From an archaeon (GTDB lineage: Archaea; Methanobacteriota_B; Thermococci; Methanofastidiosales; NM3), in the NCBI GenBank assembly GCA_004212155.1, contig RXIG01000001.1:64001-128000 (forward strand): a DNA stretch of 64,000 nt, read 5' to 3'. Shown piece after piece: positions 1 to 9,768 of the stretch (position 1 is its first letter; the number at the start of each line of letters is the position of its first letter). A program made the position numbers and the translations under genes. The notes beneath the pieces are model-generated. The model was not told where the DNA came from and made no database searches. It saw only the letters and a list, made by a program, of their open reading frames with translations.

Positions 1-693
1 TATGGCGATGTCCCTTTCTGCCAGGAACGTGTCGAGCGTGGCGAGCTCTGAGAGGCTTGCCTGCATGAATGATAAGGTCATGCCGTTGTCGTCGGTAAGC
101 ACCGAGATGCCCTTCATATAGTAGAGCTCGTGCCTGAGCTCGGTCTCGAGCTGCTTTTCAAAAACTGCGGAAGGTGTGATGTCGCTGTCGAACGTGATGG
201 AACCCGTGATGGCGATGTCGTCTATGGCGAACTCCTCAAGGAACGACGCCGTCTCGCCAACGGTCGTGTGCCATGCTTCAAACGATGCATATGTGGCAGC
301 GTACATGCGGTAGTTGACCGTCGACTTGGTCCTGATGATGAGGCGGACCTCGTTTGCCCCGACCTGCTCCTTGTAGCTCATCCTCCCGCCGACGGTCACC
401 ACCTGTCCGTCGGGCAGGAGCAGTGAGAACGATCCCTCGCCCGTGTCGACGACATACCCGGTCTCCTCGAACTTCAGGTAGTCTGCCCACCAGTAACCCT
501 CGACATAGGTGTCGTAGAGGAATCCCTTCGAGTCGAGATAGTCCATGTAGCGCGTGGCCTTGTAGATCTGCGAGCCAGTGTAGGTATATTCGTCGACCTG
601 GTCCTGAATCGGTTGGTCGTGGGTAAGAAAAGAATAGGCGGAAAGAAGAAGGATGATGACAACGAGCAGGTCGATGACGTTTATCCTTCTCAT
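1..693 (-). CDS. Membrane-anchored hypothetical protein, partial (runs off window start)
   Basis: Not in ORF track. Manual translation from ATG at 693 gives MRRINVIDLLVVIILLLSAYSFLTHDQPIQ..., open to position 1; start overlaps the stop of the upstream ORF (ATGA); N-terminal hydrophobic helix. Confidence 0.8.
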   Translation of the reverse strand, partial: MRRINVIDLLVVIILLLSAYSFLTHDQPIQDQVDEYTYTGSQIYKATRYMDYLDSKGFLYDTYVEGYWWADYLKFEETGYVVDTGEGSFSLLLPDGQVVTVGGRMSYKEQVGANEVRLIIRTKSTVNYRMYAATYASFEAWHTTVGETASFLEEFAIDDIAITGSITFDSDITPSAVFEKQLETELRHELYYMKGISVLTDDNGMTLSFMQASLSELATLDTFLAERDIAI

Positions 694-1592
694 GCGTTCC
701 CTCCGCTGCTGCCCCCTCCTGAAGGCGTGATGAAGTTCGCAACTGCGCGACAGAGATTAGGGATGTTCTGGTAGTTTGGTATCTCGATGATGATGAGCCC
801 GTCATAGGGGATGATGACGCGCGGTTTGTCCGCGCCGCCTGGCTCCGTCATGAGGTATATCACCGGATTGGTCGGAGTCGCTATCTCCCCTTTGTACATC
901 TTGATGAAGTGCTCGTCCTCTATCTCGCCGACCTTCATGTGGTCTATATCGATCTCGTTGTTGGTAAGGCGCATCGCGACAGCCTTGGAGATCTCGGACA
1001 TGCCGTAGGCGAGTTGCTGGTTCTCTACCCCTTCATTCTCCCATGCGTCGAAGAGCAGGTAGATGTCGTTGATGTATTTGTACCCCGCTGTCTCGGGGAT
1101 GGCCGTGAACGGCCCCGTGTCGATATAGCTGAAGAGGTTGAAAAAGAGCACTATCTCTTCGGGGGACGACGAGACGTTCTCTCCCTCGAACTGTGCGTAC
1201 CATTGCATGGCACCGTTTTCTTCCTCTTGATAGAACGTCAGCTCATAGAGCTTGTCGTCACTTCCTCGAATCTCGTACATGTTCTCTCCAAGCTGGCTTA
1301 CCACCTCGAAGTTGTAGACTCGAGACTCGGTCATGTATGCAATGTACCAGTGCTCGAGCGACTGGTCGGGACCGGGCTTTAGTGCATTCTCGCGGGCAAA
1401 CTCGGCAGTGATCTCCTCATCTTGGGAATAAAAGATTGAGAGCGATGCTATCACTATAACAAGGGCAGCGATGATACCTATGAGCTTGATATTTCTTTGA
1501 AAGAATGAGCGTTGACCATCATTGGGGACGGAAGGACTGTCAGAATCCATGGTGTCACCTTCGTTACATCTTTTCCATTTCTTTTTAAACAT
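690..1592 (-). CDS. Membrane-anchored acidic hypothetical protein (start may be 1550)
   Basis: 300-aa ORF, single TM (LIGIIAALVIVIASLSIFY), acidic remainder, coupled to the downstream ORF. Confidence 0.75.
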   Translation of the reverse strand: MFKKKWKRCNEGDTMDSDSPSVPNDGQRSFFQRNIKLIGIIAALVIVIASLSIFYSQDEEITAEFARENALKPGPDQSLEHWYIAYMTESRVYNFEVVSQLGENMYEIRGSDDKLYELTFYQEEENGAMQWYAQFEGENVSSSPEEIVLFFNLFSYIDTGPFTAIPETAGYKYINDIYLLFDAWENEGVENQQLAYGMSEISKAVAMRLTNNEIDIDHMKVGEIEDEHFIKMYKGEIATPTNPVIYLMTEPGGADKPRVIIPYDGLIIIEIPNYQNIPNLCRAVANFITPSGGGSSGGNA

Positions 1593-1828
1593 TTCGTCAT
1601 TCGTTGGTTTTTTGCACCCAGCATCGTCCTTTGCCCTTCAAAGGAGTCCTTGTGCCGTGAGACCTATATTTTTGCTGTCACATCGGCGATGCTTCTCAAC
1701 GTAGTGTCTCGGTGCTATAAAAAAGTGACCCTTTTTGAACAAAAACCTGTCGTCATTCGTTGATAGCATCTTCTGCAAAAAGGCATTTTTTCAGGTCTCG
1801 GGTCATCGGAGCCCATGGGCATGTGCCA

Positions 1829-3736
1829 TCAGACTACGAGCCCCACAAGGCGCACTATGAGACCGACGACGATGGCGACGATGAATCCTATTGCGATGGC
1901 AAACACCGTATCGCGCCTGCCAAGCTCGCGTACCATGACGCCGATGGCAGCGATACATGGAACGTAGAAGATGATAAACATCGTAAACGTCATTATCTGG
2001 GTCTTCGAAAGGACCGATATCACGTTTTCCGTGCCGAGCGCCTGGAAGAGCATGATCATGGCAAGTTCCTTGCGAAGGATGCCGAAGATGAGCGTCGTAC
2101 CGACCGCAATGGGCAGCCCGAGGAGCAGGGTGATCGGGGAGAACGCCATGTTGATGTATGTGACGATGTCGTAATGTTCGAGCAGCGAGAGTGCAACGGA
2201 GCCCACGATGATGATGGTCCATGCCACGACGATGAACTCCTTGACCCGGAACCATGTCTTGAAGAGGACGACCTTTGCCGATGGGAGGTGGTACTTTGGT
2301 ATCTCAAGCATCATGCCCGGCGCCCTCTCAGGCATCAGCCGTGAGAGGATGTACCCCACTATGGCGAGCACGGCTATGTTGATGATGAAGACGAACAGTG
2401 CCCAGTTCGCGCCGAGGTAGAAGCCCACGAGGGCGAGGATCACCGTTATTCTGGCAGCGCACGGCACCATGGCTGTCAGGGTGATGACGATGAAGCGGTC
2501 GCGATGGGACTCGAGGATGCGCGCCCCCATGATGGCGGGCACACTGCAGCCGTATCCCAAAATGAGCGGGAGTATCGACTTGCCATGGAGGCCTATCTTG
2601 TGGAGGAACGTGTCGACGAGAAACGCGATGCGCGGAAGATAGCCGACGTCCTCGAGCAGCGAGAGCCCGATGAGGAACGGGACGAGGTAAGGGAGCACGA
2701 TGCCGATGCCGCCGGCGATACCGTCGACGACGCCCGATAGGAGCGTTGTGGCAAGCCCTTCGGGCACCAGCCCAACGATGTGTGGCTTGATGCCTGTGGA
2801 GAAGAAGGAAAGCAACGGTTCCTCTATCATCGTGCCCACCGAGAAGACGAGATTGAAAAATCCTAGCAGGATGGCGCCAAGGGCGATGTAGCCTACGACG
2901 GGATGCATGAGCAAGTCGTCGATCTTCTGTGACGTCGTTCGCTCGCTCTTGCTCACTTTTGCGACACGTTCGAAGAGATTGAGCGCCATCGCGTGCCGTT
3001 CTGACGATATGACGATATCGGAGGGCTGGCCGTGGTCGCGTTCAAGCGAGTCCCTCAGCCCCGCTATCTCACTTCTGATACGATCGTCGTCTATCAGTGT
3101 GTCATAATACTCGTCCTGCTCGAGGAGCTTGATGGCAAACAGGCGTTCCGGCAGGTTGTGCTGCCGCGCATAGTGCTGTATTGAGGGTATCAGTGCCGAT
3201 ATTTTGTCCTCGACATGTTTCGAGTAGGCGAGCTGGGGCGGCGGCTGTTTGCGACGCCCTTCCTCGACCGCGGTCCTGAGCACCTCGTTGATGCCGACGC
3301 CCTTGTTGGCGATCGACTCGACCACCGGAACACCAAGTTCACGCGAGAGCGCGTCGTTGTCTATGACAATCCTCTTCTTGCGAGCCTCGTCGATCATGTT
3401 GAGGGATACTATATGGGGCACCTGCAGCTCGTTGAGCTGGATGGTGAGCTCGAGGCTTCGGGCAAGCAGCGATGCGTCGATGACGTTGACGGTGACGTCC
3501 GACTCGCGTCTCAGGAGGTATTTTCGCGTCTCAAGCTCGGCAGGGTCAAGCGATGTGAGCGAATACGTCCCCGGAAGGTCGACTATGGTGTGGACCTCTC
3601 CGTTTATCGTGATCTTGCTCTCTGTATACTCCACCGTCTTGCCCGGAAAGTTGGCAGTGATGGTCTTGTATCCTGCCACATGATTGAATATCGTGCTCTT
3701 GCCGCTGTTTGGCTGTCCTGCCATCGCTATTATCAT
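1829..3736 (-). CDS. feoB: Ferrous iron transporter FeoB
   Basis: G1 GQPNSGKS, NFPGKTVE, DLPGTYSL, NMID, multi-TM domain with GYGCSVPA and VPC motifs. Confidence 0.97.
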   Translation of the reverse strand: MIIAMAGQPNSGKSTIFNHVAGYKTITANFPGKTVEYTESKITINGEVHTIVDLPGTYSLTSLDPAELETRKYLLRRESDVTVNVIDASLLARSLELTIQLNELQVPHIVSLNMIDEARKKRIVIDNDALSRELGVPVVESIANKGVGINEVLRTAVEEGRRKQPPPQLAYSKHVEDKISALIPSIQHYARQHNLPERLFAIKLLEQDEYYDTLIDDDRIRSEIAGLRDSLERDHGQPSDIVISSERHAMALNLFERVAKVSKSERTTSQKIDDLLMHPVVGYIALGAILLGFFNLVFSVGTMIEEPLLSFFSTGIKPHIVGLVPEGLATTLLSGVVDGIAGGIGIVLPYLVPFLIGLSLLEDVGYLPRIAFLVDTFLHKIGLHGKSILPLILGYGCSVPAIMGARILESHRDRFIVITLTAMVPCAARITVILALVGFYLGANWALFVFIINIAVLAIVGYILSRLMPERAPGMMLEIPKYHLPSAKVVLFKTWFRVKEFIVVAWTIIIVGSVALSLLEHYDIVTYINMAFSPITLLLGLPIAVGTTLIFGILRKELAMIMLFQALGTENVISVLSKTQIMTFTMFIIFYVPCIAAIGVMVRELGRRDTVFAIAIGFIVAIVVGLIVRLVGLVV

Positions 3737-3861
3737 GTTACGCCCTCGTCTCGTGCTTTGACATATGAGTTTATTATACTATATTTTATTATTAATAACA
3801 GTTCCTTGATGGACTATGCGGTGTCACGCGCTTGTGCGATGCCACGAACACATCCACTTTT

Positions 3862-3877
3862 TTTAGGTAACCCTAAA
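3862..3877. promoter_or_regulatory. Palindrome TTTAGG-TAAC-CCTAAA, candidate DtxR/IdeR-family operator upstream of feoB
   Basis: Perfect inverted repeat; same core as the site at 4171-4190; resembles DtxR-family TTAGG..CCTAA half-sites. Confidence 0.7.
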
Positions 3878-3944
3878 TGTTAGTGTTTCATTTAAAAACT
3901 TTTCTTTTCAAAGGGCTTTTCAAAGAATTGGGCGGCCAAACGCG

Positions 3945-4169
3945 CTATTCGATGATGATCTTCTTTGCCAGGCCTCTTCCGATGGCGATGTGATGCTCGC
4001 CCACCCTGAGCATGAGGGGGCCTCCGAAGATGCCGGACTTCTCTATGCGTACCCGCTCCCCAGGATGGAGCCCAAGCTCGCATAGACGCTGACGAATGCC
4101 CACGCCACCCTCGATCGAGCGTATCGTTACCTCTACATCCGTGGATATGTCTGAGAGTCGTTTGGTCAC
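3945..4169 (-). CDS. feoA: FeoA family protein
   Basis: 74 aa, RLCELGLHPGERV...GPLMLRV..IAIGRGLAKKI; upstream of feoB. Confidence 0.95.
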   Translation of the reverse strand: MTKRLSDISTDVEVTIRSIEGGVGIRQRLCELGLHPGERVRIEKSGIFGGPLMLRVGEHHIAIGRGLAKKIIIE

Positions 4170-4170
4170 A

Positions 4171-4190
4171 AAATTAGGTTATCCTAATTT
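4171..4190. promoter_or_regulatory. Palindrome AAATTAGG-TTAT-CCTAATTT, candidate DtxR/IdeR-family operator
   Basis: Perfect 8-bp inverted repeat immediately upstream of the feoA start, inside the feoA/atwA divergent region. Confidence 0.75.
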
Positions 4191-4262
4191 GTTTAAAAAG
4201 GTTTGGGAATAGTTTTATAAGTTACAATATCTGAGAAACGAAAAAACGAGGGGGAAAAACTC

Positions 4263-5870
4263 GTGCAGCATAGTCTTCTTTCAGTAAGAGGCGTTACAAA
4301 GTCATTCAATGGCAACACAGTACTCGAAGATGTCAGTTTCGAACTCGAACCAGGGCAGGTCATGGGCATCATAGGTAAGAGTGGGGACGGAAAGTCGGTC
4401 CTCATACACGCACTTCGCGGAACAGATGAATATCGTCCTGACGCCGGCACGATCATCTATAATTTTGGGCATTGCACAAAGTGCGGTACCCACGTCATGC
4501 CGGACAAAATCGGCACCGCATGCGAATGCGGAGGTGAGTTTGAGCTCACGTCATACGACCTGTGGGCGCTCGGACCACAGGAGAGGAAAAAGGTAAAGGC
4601 CCTGATATCCATCATGCTTCAGAGGACGTTTGCACTCTTTGGTGAGCTTAGCGTCTATGAGAACATACTTAGAGTGCTCGAGGAGCACTACTATCCCGAG
4701 CAAAAACGCATCAAGCGCGTTAGCGAGTTGCTCGATATGGTGCGCATGGGGCACAGGATGCTCCACATCGCAAAGGACCTGTCGGGCGGTGAGAAGCAGC
4801 GCATCGTTCTTGCACGCCAGCTTGCGATGGAACCCCTCATCCTCCTCGCTGACGAACCGACGGGCACGCTCGATCCCCGTACGGCGGCAGTCGTGCTCAA
4901 CGTACTCAAGGACGTTACCGAGAAAACGGGCATGCCCATTATCATAACATCCCACAATCCGTCCGTCATCGAGGAAATATCAGACGTCGTGCTTTGGCTC
5001 GAGGACGGCAGGGAGAAAGACATGGGCGCCCCTTCCAAACTTGTTTCAGAGTTCCTCAAGGACATGCCCAGCGTGGAGGAGGACGAGTACGAGGGCAAAA
5101 ACGACACCAAGATCATCGCCAAGAACGTCAAGAAATACTTCTACTCCATCATGAGGGGATTGGTAAAGGCCGTCGACGACGTGTCGCTTGAAGTGTATGA
5201 GAACGAGATCTACGGCTTGCTCGGCACAAGCGGAGCCGGCAAGACGACGCTCTCGCGGCTCATCGGCGGGGTCACGGAGCCGACCGAGGGAGAGATCAAC
5301 GTGCGCATAGGCGATGAGTGGATAGACATGACAATACCAGGGTTCCTCGACCGCGGCCGCGCAAAGCGTCACATCGGCTTCCTTCACCAGGAATATTCGC
5401 TCTATCCTTCCCGTTCTGTCTTCGAGAACCTCACCGACTCGATCGGCATCACGCTCCCGAAGGAACTGGCGCGCATCAAGGCCATGCAGGTGCTCACCTC
5501 CATAGGCTTTGAGGACGAAAAGGCAAAGCGCATCCTCGACAAGTACCCCGGCGAGCTCTCTGTGGGGGAACGCCACCGTATCGCGCTCTGCCAGGTGCTC
5601 ATACGCGAACCAAGCGTTGTCATCCTCGACGAGCCGTCGGGCACGATGGACCCCATCACACGAAACAAGGTGGCGCTCGCCATCAAGAGCGCACGTAAGA
5701 ATCTAGAGGAGACGTTTGTCATCGTTACCCATAATATGGAGTTCGCGCTCGAGGTCTGTGACCGCGTCTCGTCTATGGAGGACGGCAAGATCACAAGCAC
5801 CGGCTCGCCCGAGGAGATCACCGAGGCGATCCGGCGAAACGCCAACGATGATAAAAAGGTGCTCGCCTGA
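4263..5870 (+). CDS. atwA: Methyl-coenzyme M reductase system component A2 (dual ABC ATPase)
   Basis: Two ABC domains ([18 protein letters not shown]; [18 protein letters not shown]), CxxC..CxC insert, IMLQRTFAL and [10 protein letters not shown] motifs, no TM, next to mcrC. Confidence 0.93.
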   Translation: MQHSLLSVRGVTKSFNGNTVLEDVSFELEPGQVMGIIGKSGDGKSVLIHALRGTDEYRPDAGTIIYNFGHCTKCGTHVMPDKIGTACECGGEFELTSYDLWALGPQERKKVKALISIMLQRTFALFGELSVYENILRVLEEHYYPEQKRIKRVSELLDMVRMGHRMLHIAKDLSGGEKQRIVLARQLAMEPLILLADEPTGTLDPRTAAVVLNVLKDVTEKTGMPIIITSHNPSVIEEISDVVLWLEDGREKDMGAPSKLVSEFLKDMPSVEEDEYEGKNDTKIIAKNVKKYFYSIMRGLVKAVDDVSLEVYENEIYGLLGTSGAGKTTLSRLIGGVTEPTEGEINVRIGDEWIDMTIPGFLDRGRAKRHIGFLHQEYSLYPSRSVFENLTDSIGITLPKELARIKAMQVLTSIGFEDEKAKRILDKYPGELSVGERHRIALCQVLIREPSVVILDEPSGTMDPITRNKVALAIKSARKNLEETFVIVTHNMEFALEVCDRVSSMEDGKITSTGSPEEITEAIRRNANDDKKVLA

Positions 5871-6487
5871 TGGAACGCAAGACGCATGTAGTGAACTGCC
5901 GCGCTGCCATGGGCATGGGCCTTGGTGGCGGGATGGCACAACGGGGCACGATCGCCATGTGCGGCGGCGATGTCGTCGCCGTTGCCATGTCTCCGGGCCG
6001 CAGGCACATCACCAAGCCCGTCTGCGAGATCACGTATGCGCTCCGAGAGGAGGAGATCGACACATCCGTTCTCGTTCTCAACGCCGGCACGGGCGTGCCA
6101 GGCGACTGCCCGTTCGGCAAGATGGGCGCGCGATTTGGCCTTGAGGACGAGGAGATCGAGAAGATGCGCTTCTTCAAGCTCGCACTTATCCACCACGGCA
6201 ATGTGAAAAATCACCTCATTTACAAGGCGCGATTCATACTTTCGCGCGTCAACATCCCTGCCATCGTGGTGTGCCAGGTCCCTGTCGACTTCGAGGACTT
6301 CGCACGCGTCGGCGTCAAGACGCGCGTGGTGCGTCCCGCAGAGGAAGCGACGAAGGGGGAGCTCCTGGACATCGTGACCGGCGTGACGCGCGGCGTGTCT
6401 GTCGACCAGTCCAAGCTTGATGAAATAGTTTTTAAGGTCAGGGGAGCATTGCAAACGATAGAGAACAATGAACGCGATCGTCTTTGA
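5870..6487 (+). CDS. mcrC: Methyl-coenzyme M reductase operon protein C
   Basis: [68 protein letters not shown] signature. Confidence 0.93.
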   Translation: MERKTHVVNCRAAMGMGLGGGMAQRGTIAMCGGDVVAVAMSPGRRHITKPVCEITYALREEEIDTSVLVLNAGTGVPGDCPFGKMGARFGLEDEEIEKMRFFKLALIHHGNVKNHLIYKARFILSRVNIPAIVVCQVPVDFEDFARVGVKTRVVRPAEEATKGELLDIVTGVTRGVSVDQSKLDEIVFKVRGALQTIENNERDRL

Positions 6488-7277
6488 CAAGTCGGGCACC
6501 GTCGTCGACACGCTCCGCGTGGCCTGCGATGTCGCCACACACGAGATGATGGTCAATGTCTCATCGACAGCGCTCGTGGACAGGATGGTACACGGCGCGC
6601 TGCTCATCCTCGAGAACAGCGAGGGCGAGCGCCTCCTCGCCTCGGACGATGAGATGAATTTTTTGGAGTTCTGCAAGAGGCACGCCCTCTGGCTCCGGTG
6701 TGTCTACACGAACAATCCTGCGCCCTTTTCACTCTCTGACGCGCTCTCGCACTGCGACACGATCACGTTGAAGTGCTTCAGGCGCACGCTCAAAACGATC
6801 GAGGACGAGATAGGGGGCGTCTACACGAACAACGGCGTCATCTACGATGTAGCTCACAAGGCGCCGCGCTATGTGCTCAGCACCGGCGGCAGGCTCTTCC
6901 CCGGCGTCACCGACCTTTTTTCCTATCTTTCAAAGAGCGGATGGGACATATTCTTTGCCACAGGCGACTCGTACGAGGGCATGCGCGAGTTCACGCACCG
7001 TCTCGGCGTTCCCTCAGAGAACGTCTTTTGCTTCCAGACCGAGGAGAAGAAGGCGCATGCTGTGCGAACGCTCAAGCAGCATTACGACCGCGTGGTCATG
7101 GTAGGCAACGATTCCAACGATCGTGCGGCGTTCAGGGAGGCGGATGCTTCCGTGCTGGTGCTTCAGGACGGCCATGAAAAGCACCCAGAGATATATCTGG
7201 AAGCGACGCACATCATCGAGAACGTAATTGATTTAAAGGACATACTCGATGTAGGGGAATGGAAAAGCGTGCGATAG
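6468..7277 (+). CDS. Soluble P-type ATPase-like HAD phosphatase (MJ0968/COG4087-like)
   Basis: VFDKSGT, ATGD, conserved K, MVGNDSND motifs; no TM segments. Confidence 0.82.
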   Translation: MNAIVFDKSGTVVDTLRVACDVATHEMMVNVSSTALVDRMVHGALLILENSEGERLLASDDEMNFLEFCKRHALWLRCVYTNNPAPFSLSDALSHCDTITLKCFRRTLKTIEDEIGGVYTNNGVIYDVAHKAPRYVLSTGGRLFPGVTDLFSYLSKSGWDIFFATGDSYEGMREFTHRLGVPSENVFCFQTEEKKAHAVRTLKQHYDRVVMVGNDSNDRAAFREADASVLVLQDGHEKHPEIYLEATHIIENVIDLKDILDVGEWKSVR

Positions 7278-8119
7278 CGCTCCTGGTGTTCGCTTCGGCC
7301 ATATACGGCCTCAACATCATCACGGTTAAGGAAGGCCTCAATGAGGGGCTCTCACCGCTCACGTTCTCGTTCCTCCGCACGTTCTTTTGCATGCTCTTTA
7401 CTCTCCCATTCTTCATACGGTCGCGTTTTGAACTTGCCAAGCTCAACCGTGCTGACGTGCGAAACGTCGCCATAGTCGGCCTTGTGGCAGAGGCCATCGT
7501 CATCGTGCTCCTATTCGTGGGGCAAAAGAACACGTCTGCTGTCAACGCCGGGTTCCTCATCCGTCTTACCTTCCTCTTCACCTTTCCCTTCGCCTACGTC
7601 ATCGTCAGGGAGCAGGTGGGACGCATCATAGGCCTCGTCGCCGTCCTGATGCTGGGGGGCGCGTTCCTGATATCCACCGGAGGGAGGCTTACCGCACCAA
7701 TGTTCGGTGACATATTCGTCGTTTTAGCAGCGTTGGGACTTGGATTCACCAATGCGTTTGCGAAATGGTCGATGAAGACGGTTCCCGCCGACATCGTCAC
7801 ATGGGGGAGATTCTTCTTTGGGGCCATTTTCCTCAGTGCGTTCCTCGTGCCTTTCATATACGGGGACTTCACCATTATCAACGCACAGCAGTGGTCGCTC
7901 ATCATACTCGCGGCCGTCTTCTACGCCAGTTTCGTCCTGACGTTCTACCGCGGCATATATATGGCCGGTCCGAACATCGCTGCACTATTCTTCACGGCAG
8001 GCGCCGTCTTCTCGGCGTTGTTTGCGGTATTGCTTCTAGGGGAAGCGATCACACTGGAACAAATAGTCGGTGCAGCACTGCTCATCGGAGGGGCCGCGCT
8101 GCTGACATTTAAGAAGTAG
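7259..8119 (+). CDS. EamA/DMT family transporter
   Basis: About 10 TM, two EamA repeats, LGEAITLEQIVGAALLIGG. Confidence 0.92.
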   Translation: MEKRAIALLVFASAIYGLNIITVKEGLNEGLSPLTFSFLRTFFCMLFTLPFFIRSRFELAKLNRADVRNVAIVGLVAEAIVIVLLFVGQKNTSAVNAGFLIRLTFLFTFPFAYVIVREQVGRIIGLVAVLMLGGAFLISTGGRLTAPMFGDIFVVLAALGLGFTNAFAKWSMKTVPADIVTWGRFFFGAIFLSAFLVPFIYGDFTIINAQQWSLIILAAVFYASFVLTFYRGIYMAGPNIAALFFTAGAVFSALFAVLLLGEAITLEQIVGAALLIGGAALLTFKK

Positions 8120-8125
8120 TGCGCG

Positions 8126-8359
8126 TCAGTTCATCTCGAGCGCGCCGTTTTCACATGCATCGATGCACAGCCCGCACTCGTCGCACAGGTCCTGGTCGAT
8201 CATGATGCCGTTTATGTCCTTTATCGCATCGGTGGGGCATGCTTCGACGCATGGTTTCGTGCTACAACATTGTGCCTGTGACTTCTCGCATTGGCACCCT
8301 GTACAGTTACATGTGCCCGTATAGGTACAACATTGTTCCTTGTTCACAACGATTGCCAT
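8126..8359 (-). CDS. 4Fe-4S dicluster-type ferredoxin with Cys-rich insert
   Basis: 77 aa from ATG 8359; CVEACP and CDECGLCIDAC motifs; 14 Cys. Confidence 0.88.
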   Translation of the reverse strand: MAIVVNKEQCCTYTGTCNCTGCQCEKSQAQCCSTKPCVEACPTDAIKDINGIMIDQDLCDECGLCIDACENGALEMN

Positions 8360-8417
8360 TGTCTTCACCTGTGTGGGATGATGGTGGGCGCATATATAAA
8401 CGTTGTTGTAGGGCTTC

Positions 8418-9206
8418 CTACGTGCGTCCCCATCGCTTGAGGGCCCGAAGTGCCTCGACGGTGATGAGAGGATAGCATCCCTTGCCGTCTGCCGTCGTCC
8501 AGCAGCCTTCGCTTGTCTGCTTCGATTCGAGGAGGTCGAGCAGCTCGCCGGCAAGCACGTTTTCCATCTTCGCCTTCCAGAGACAGTCAAGCGCCCATAT
8601 GATGAGCTTGGTGTCCTTTTCGATGTGTGTGCGTACGTAGGGAAGCAGATTCTGGGCCGCCTCGCTCATACCAAGCTGCGCATACAGCGACATCATGATC
8701 CAGTTGGTGATGGAATACCCCTTGAACGTGCCGTCGTCGCGTTTGTGCTGGTGCATGAAACGAAGCGCCTTCTGGGCTGCGTACTCCTCCTTCTCGTAGA
8801 AGAGCAGGTCGTTTGCCGTCTGTGCCGTGAGCCAGAGCTTCGTGGACAGAGCATGCGGGATGTACAACTCCTCAGGATGGAGGCTTGCGATATCGTCAGG
8901 CTCATCCCATACCCCCTGCTCTTGGTGTTCGAGCAAGAATCGGACACATCGCTTGTATGAACCCGTGTAGGTGATCTCGAGCTCGTTGTACCACTCAAGC
9001 ATTGACAGCGTCGTGGCGACGGAAGAGGGATTGCCCTTCTCCATCTTGAACGCGAATCCGCCATCATCGTTTTGATGTGACGTGAAGAAATCGAGTGGGA
9101 CCCGGTCGTCCCTCCCCAGGCCCAGCATGAACTCCATCTTGTACGTGTCGAGCACGTTGCCGTTCTCCATGATGTAACTGAGCGCCTTGTCCTTGTTGTA
9201 GCTCAT
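8418..9206 (-). CDS. Prenyltransferase/squalene-cyclase repeat protein
   Basis: QW-like repeats QNDDGGF, QEQGVW, RDDGTF, QTSEGCW. Confidence 0.75.
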   Translation of the reverse strand: MSYNKDKALSYIMENGNVLDTYKMEFMLGLGRDDRVPLDFFTSHQNDDGGFAFKMEKGNPSSVATTLSMLEWYNELEITYTGSYKRCVRFLLEHQEQGVWDEPDDIASLHPEELYIPHALSTKLWLTAQTANDLLFYEKEEYAAQKALRFMHQHKRDDGTFKGYSITNWIMMSLYAQLGMSEAAQNLLPYVRTHIEKDTKLIIWALDCLWKAKMENVLAGELLDLLESKQTSEGCWTTADGKGCYPLITVEALRALKRWGRT

Positions 9207-9325
9207 CTTCTCTCCATCCCCTGTTATTATGATATGTATGCAAGTATTATAATTTTAACGCCCCTGACGCATGTCCAATAGGTTTATATTGTGCCATTCC
9301 GCTCTCAGACAATGAGGAGAATGCT

Positions 9326-9757
9326 ATGGAGTTCACATGGGTTTCCCGATTGATACGCGTTGCAGACCTCAACCACCATGGGACGCTCTTTGCCGGAGAG
9401 ACGGCGAAATGGATGGTGGAGGCATGTTTCATCGCTGCTGCCAAGAAGAACAAACGTACCGACAACGTGGTATGTGTCAACATACAGGGTCTGCAGTTCA
9501 AGCGGCCGATAGAGAATGGGGACGTCGTCGACATCGAGTCGTTCGTTGCTCACGTGGGCACGACGAGCATCACGGTCGTGGGCCGCATACACTGTTCCCG
9601 TTATGAGGACCAGGCGATACTTGAGACAGCGGTCACGTTCGTCACGGTCGATGACAAGGGCAAGCCAACGCCACACCACATAGCAATGGAGCGGCCAGAG
9701 GATCCCGGGTTGCAGGCATACTGGGACCGGTTCGAATCGTACAAGAAGAGCCGGTAG
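9326..9757 (+). CDS. Acyl-CoA thioesterase (hotdog fold)
   Basis: DLNHHGTLFAG, FKRPI, VGTTSI, TFVTVD. Confidence 0.9.
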   Translation: MEFTWVSRLIRVADLNHHGTLFAGETAKWMVEACFIAAAKKNKRTDNVVCVNIQGLQFKRPIENGDVVDIESFVAHVGTTSITVVGRIHCSRYEDQAILETAVTFVTVDDKGKPTPHHIAMERPEDPGLQAYWDRFESYKKSR

Positions 9758-9768
9758 GATCGGGGGCA

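Noticed and set aside
4263-5870. ABC transporter ATPase for iron, given the feo neighbours
   Set aside because: A2-specific motifs and the mcrC neighbour, with no permease or binding protein
5402-6676. 424-aa minus-strand ORF and many similar long antisense ORFs
   Set aside because: Shadows of well-supported genes in GC-rich DNA; no motifs
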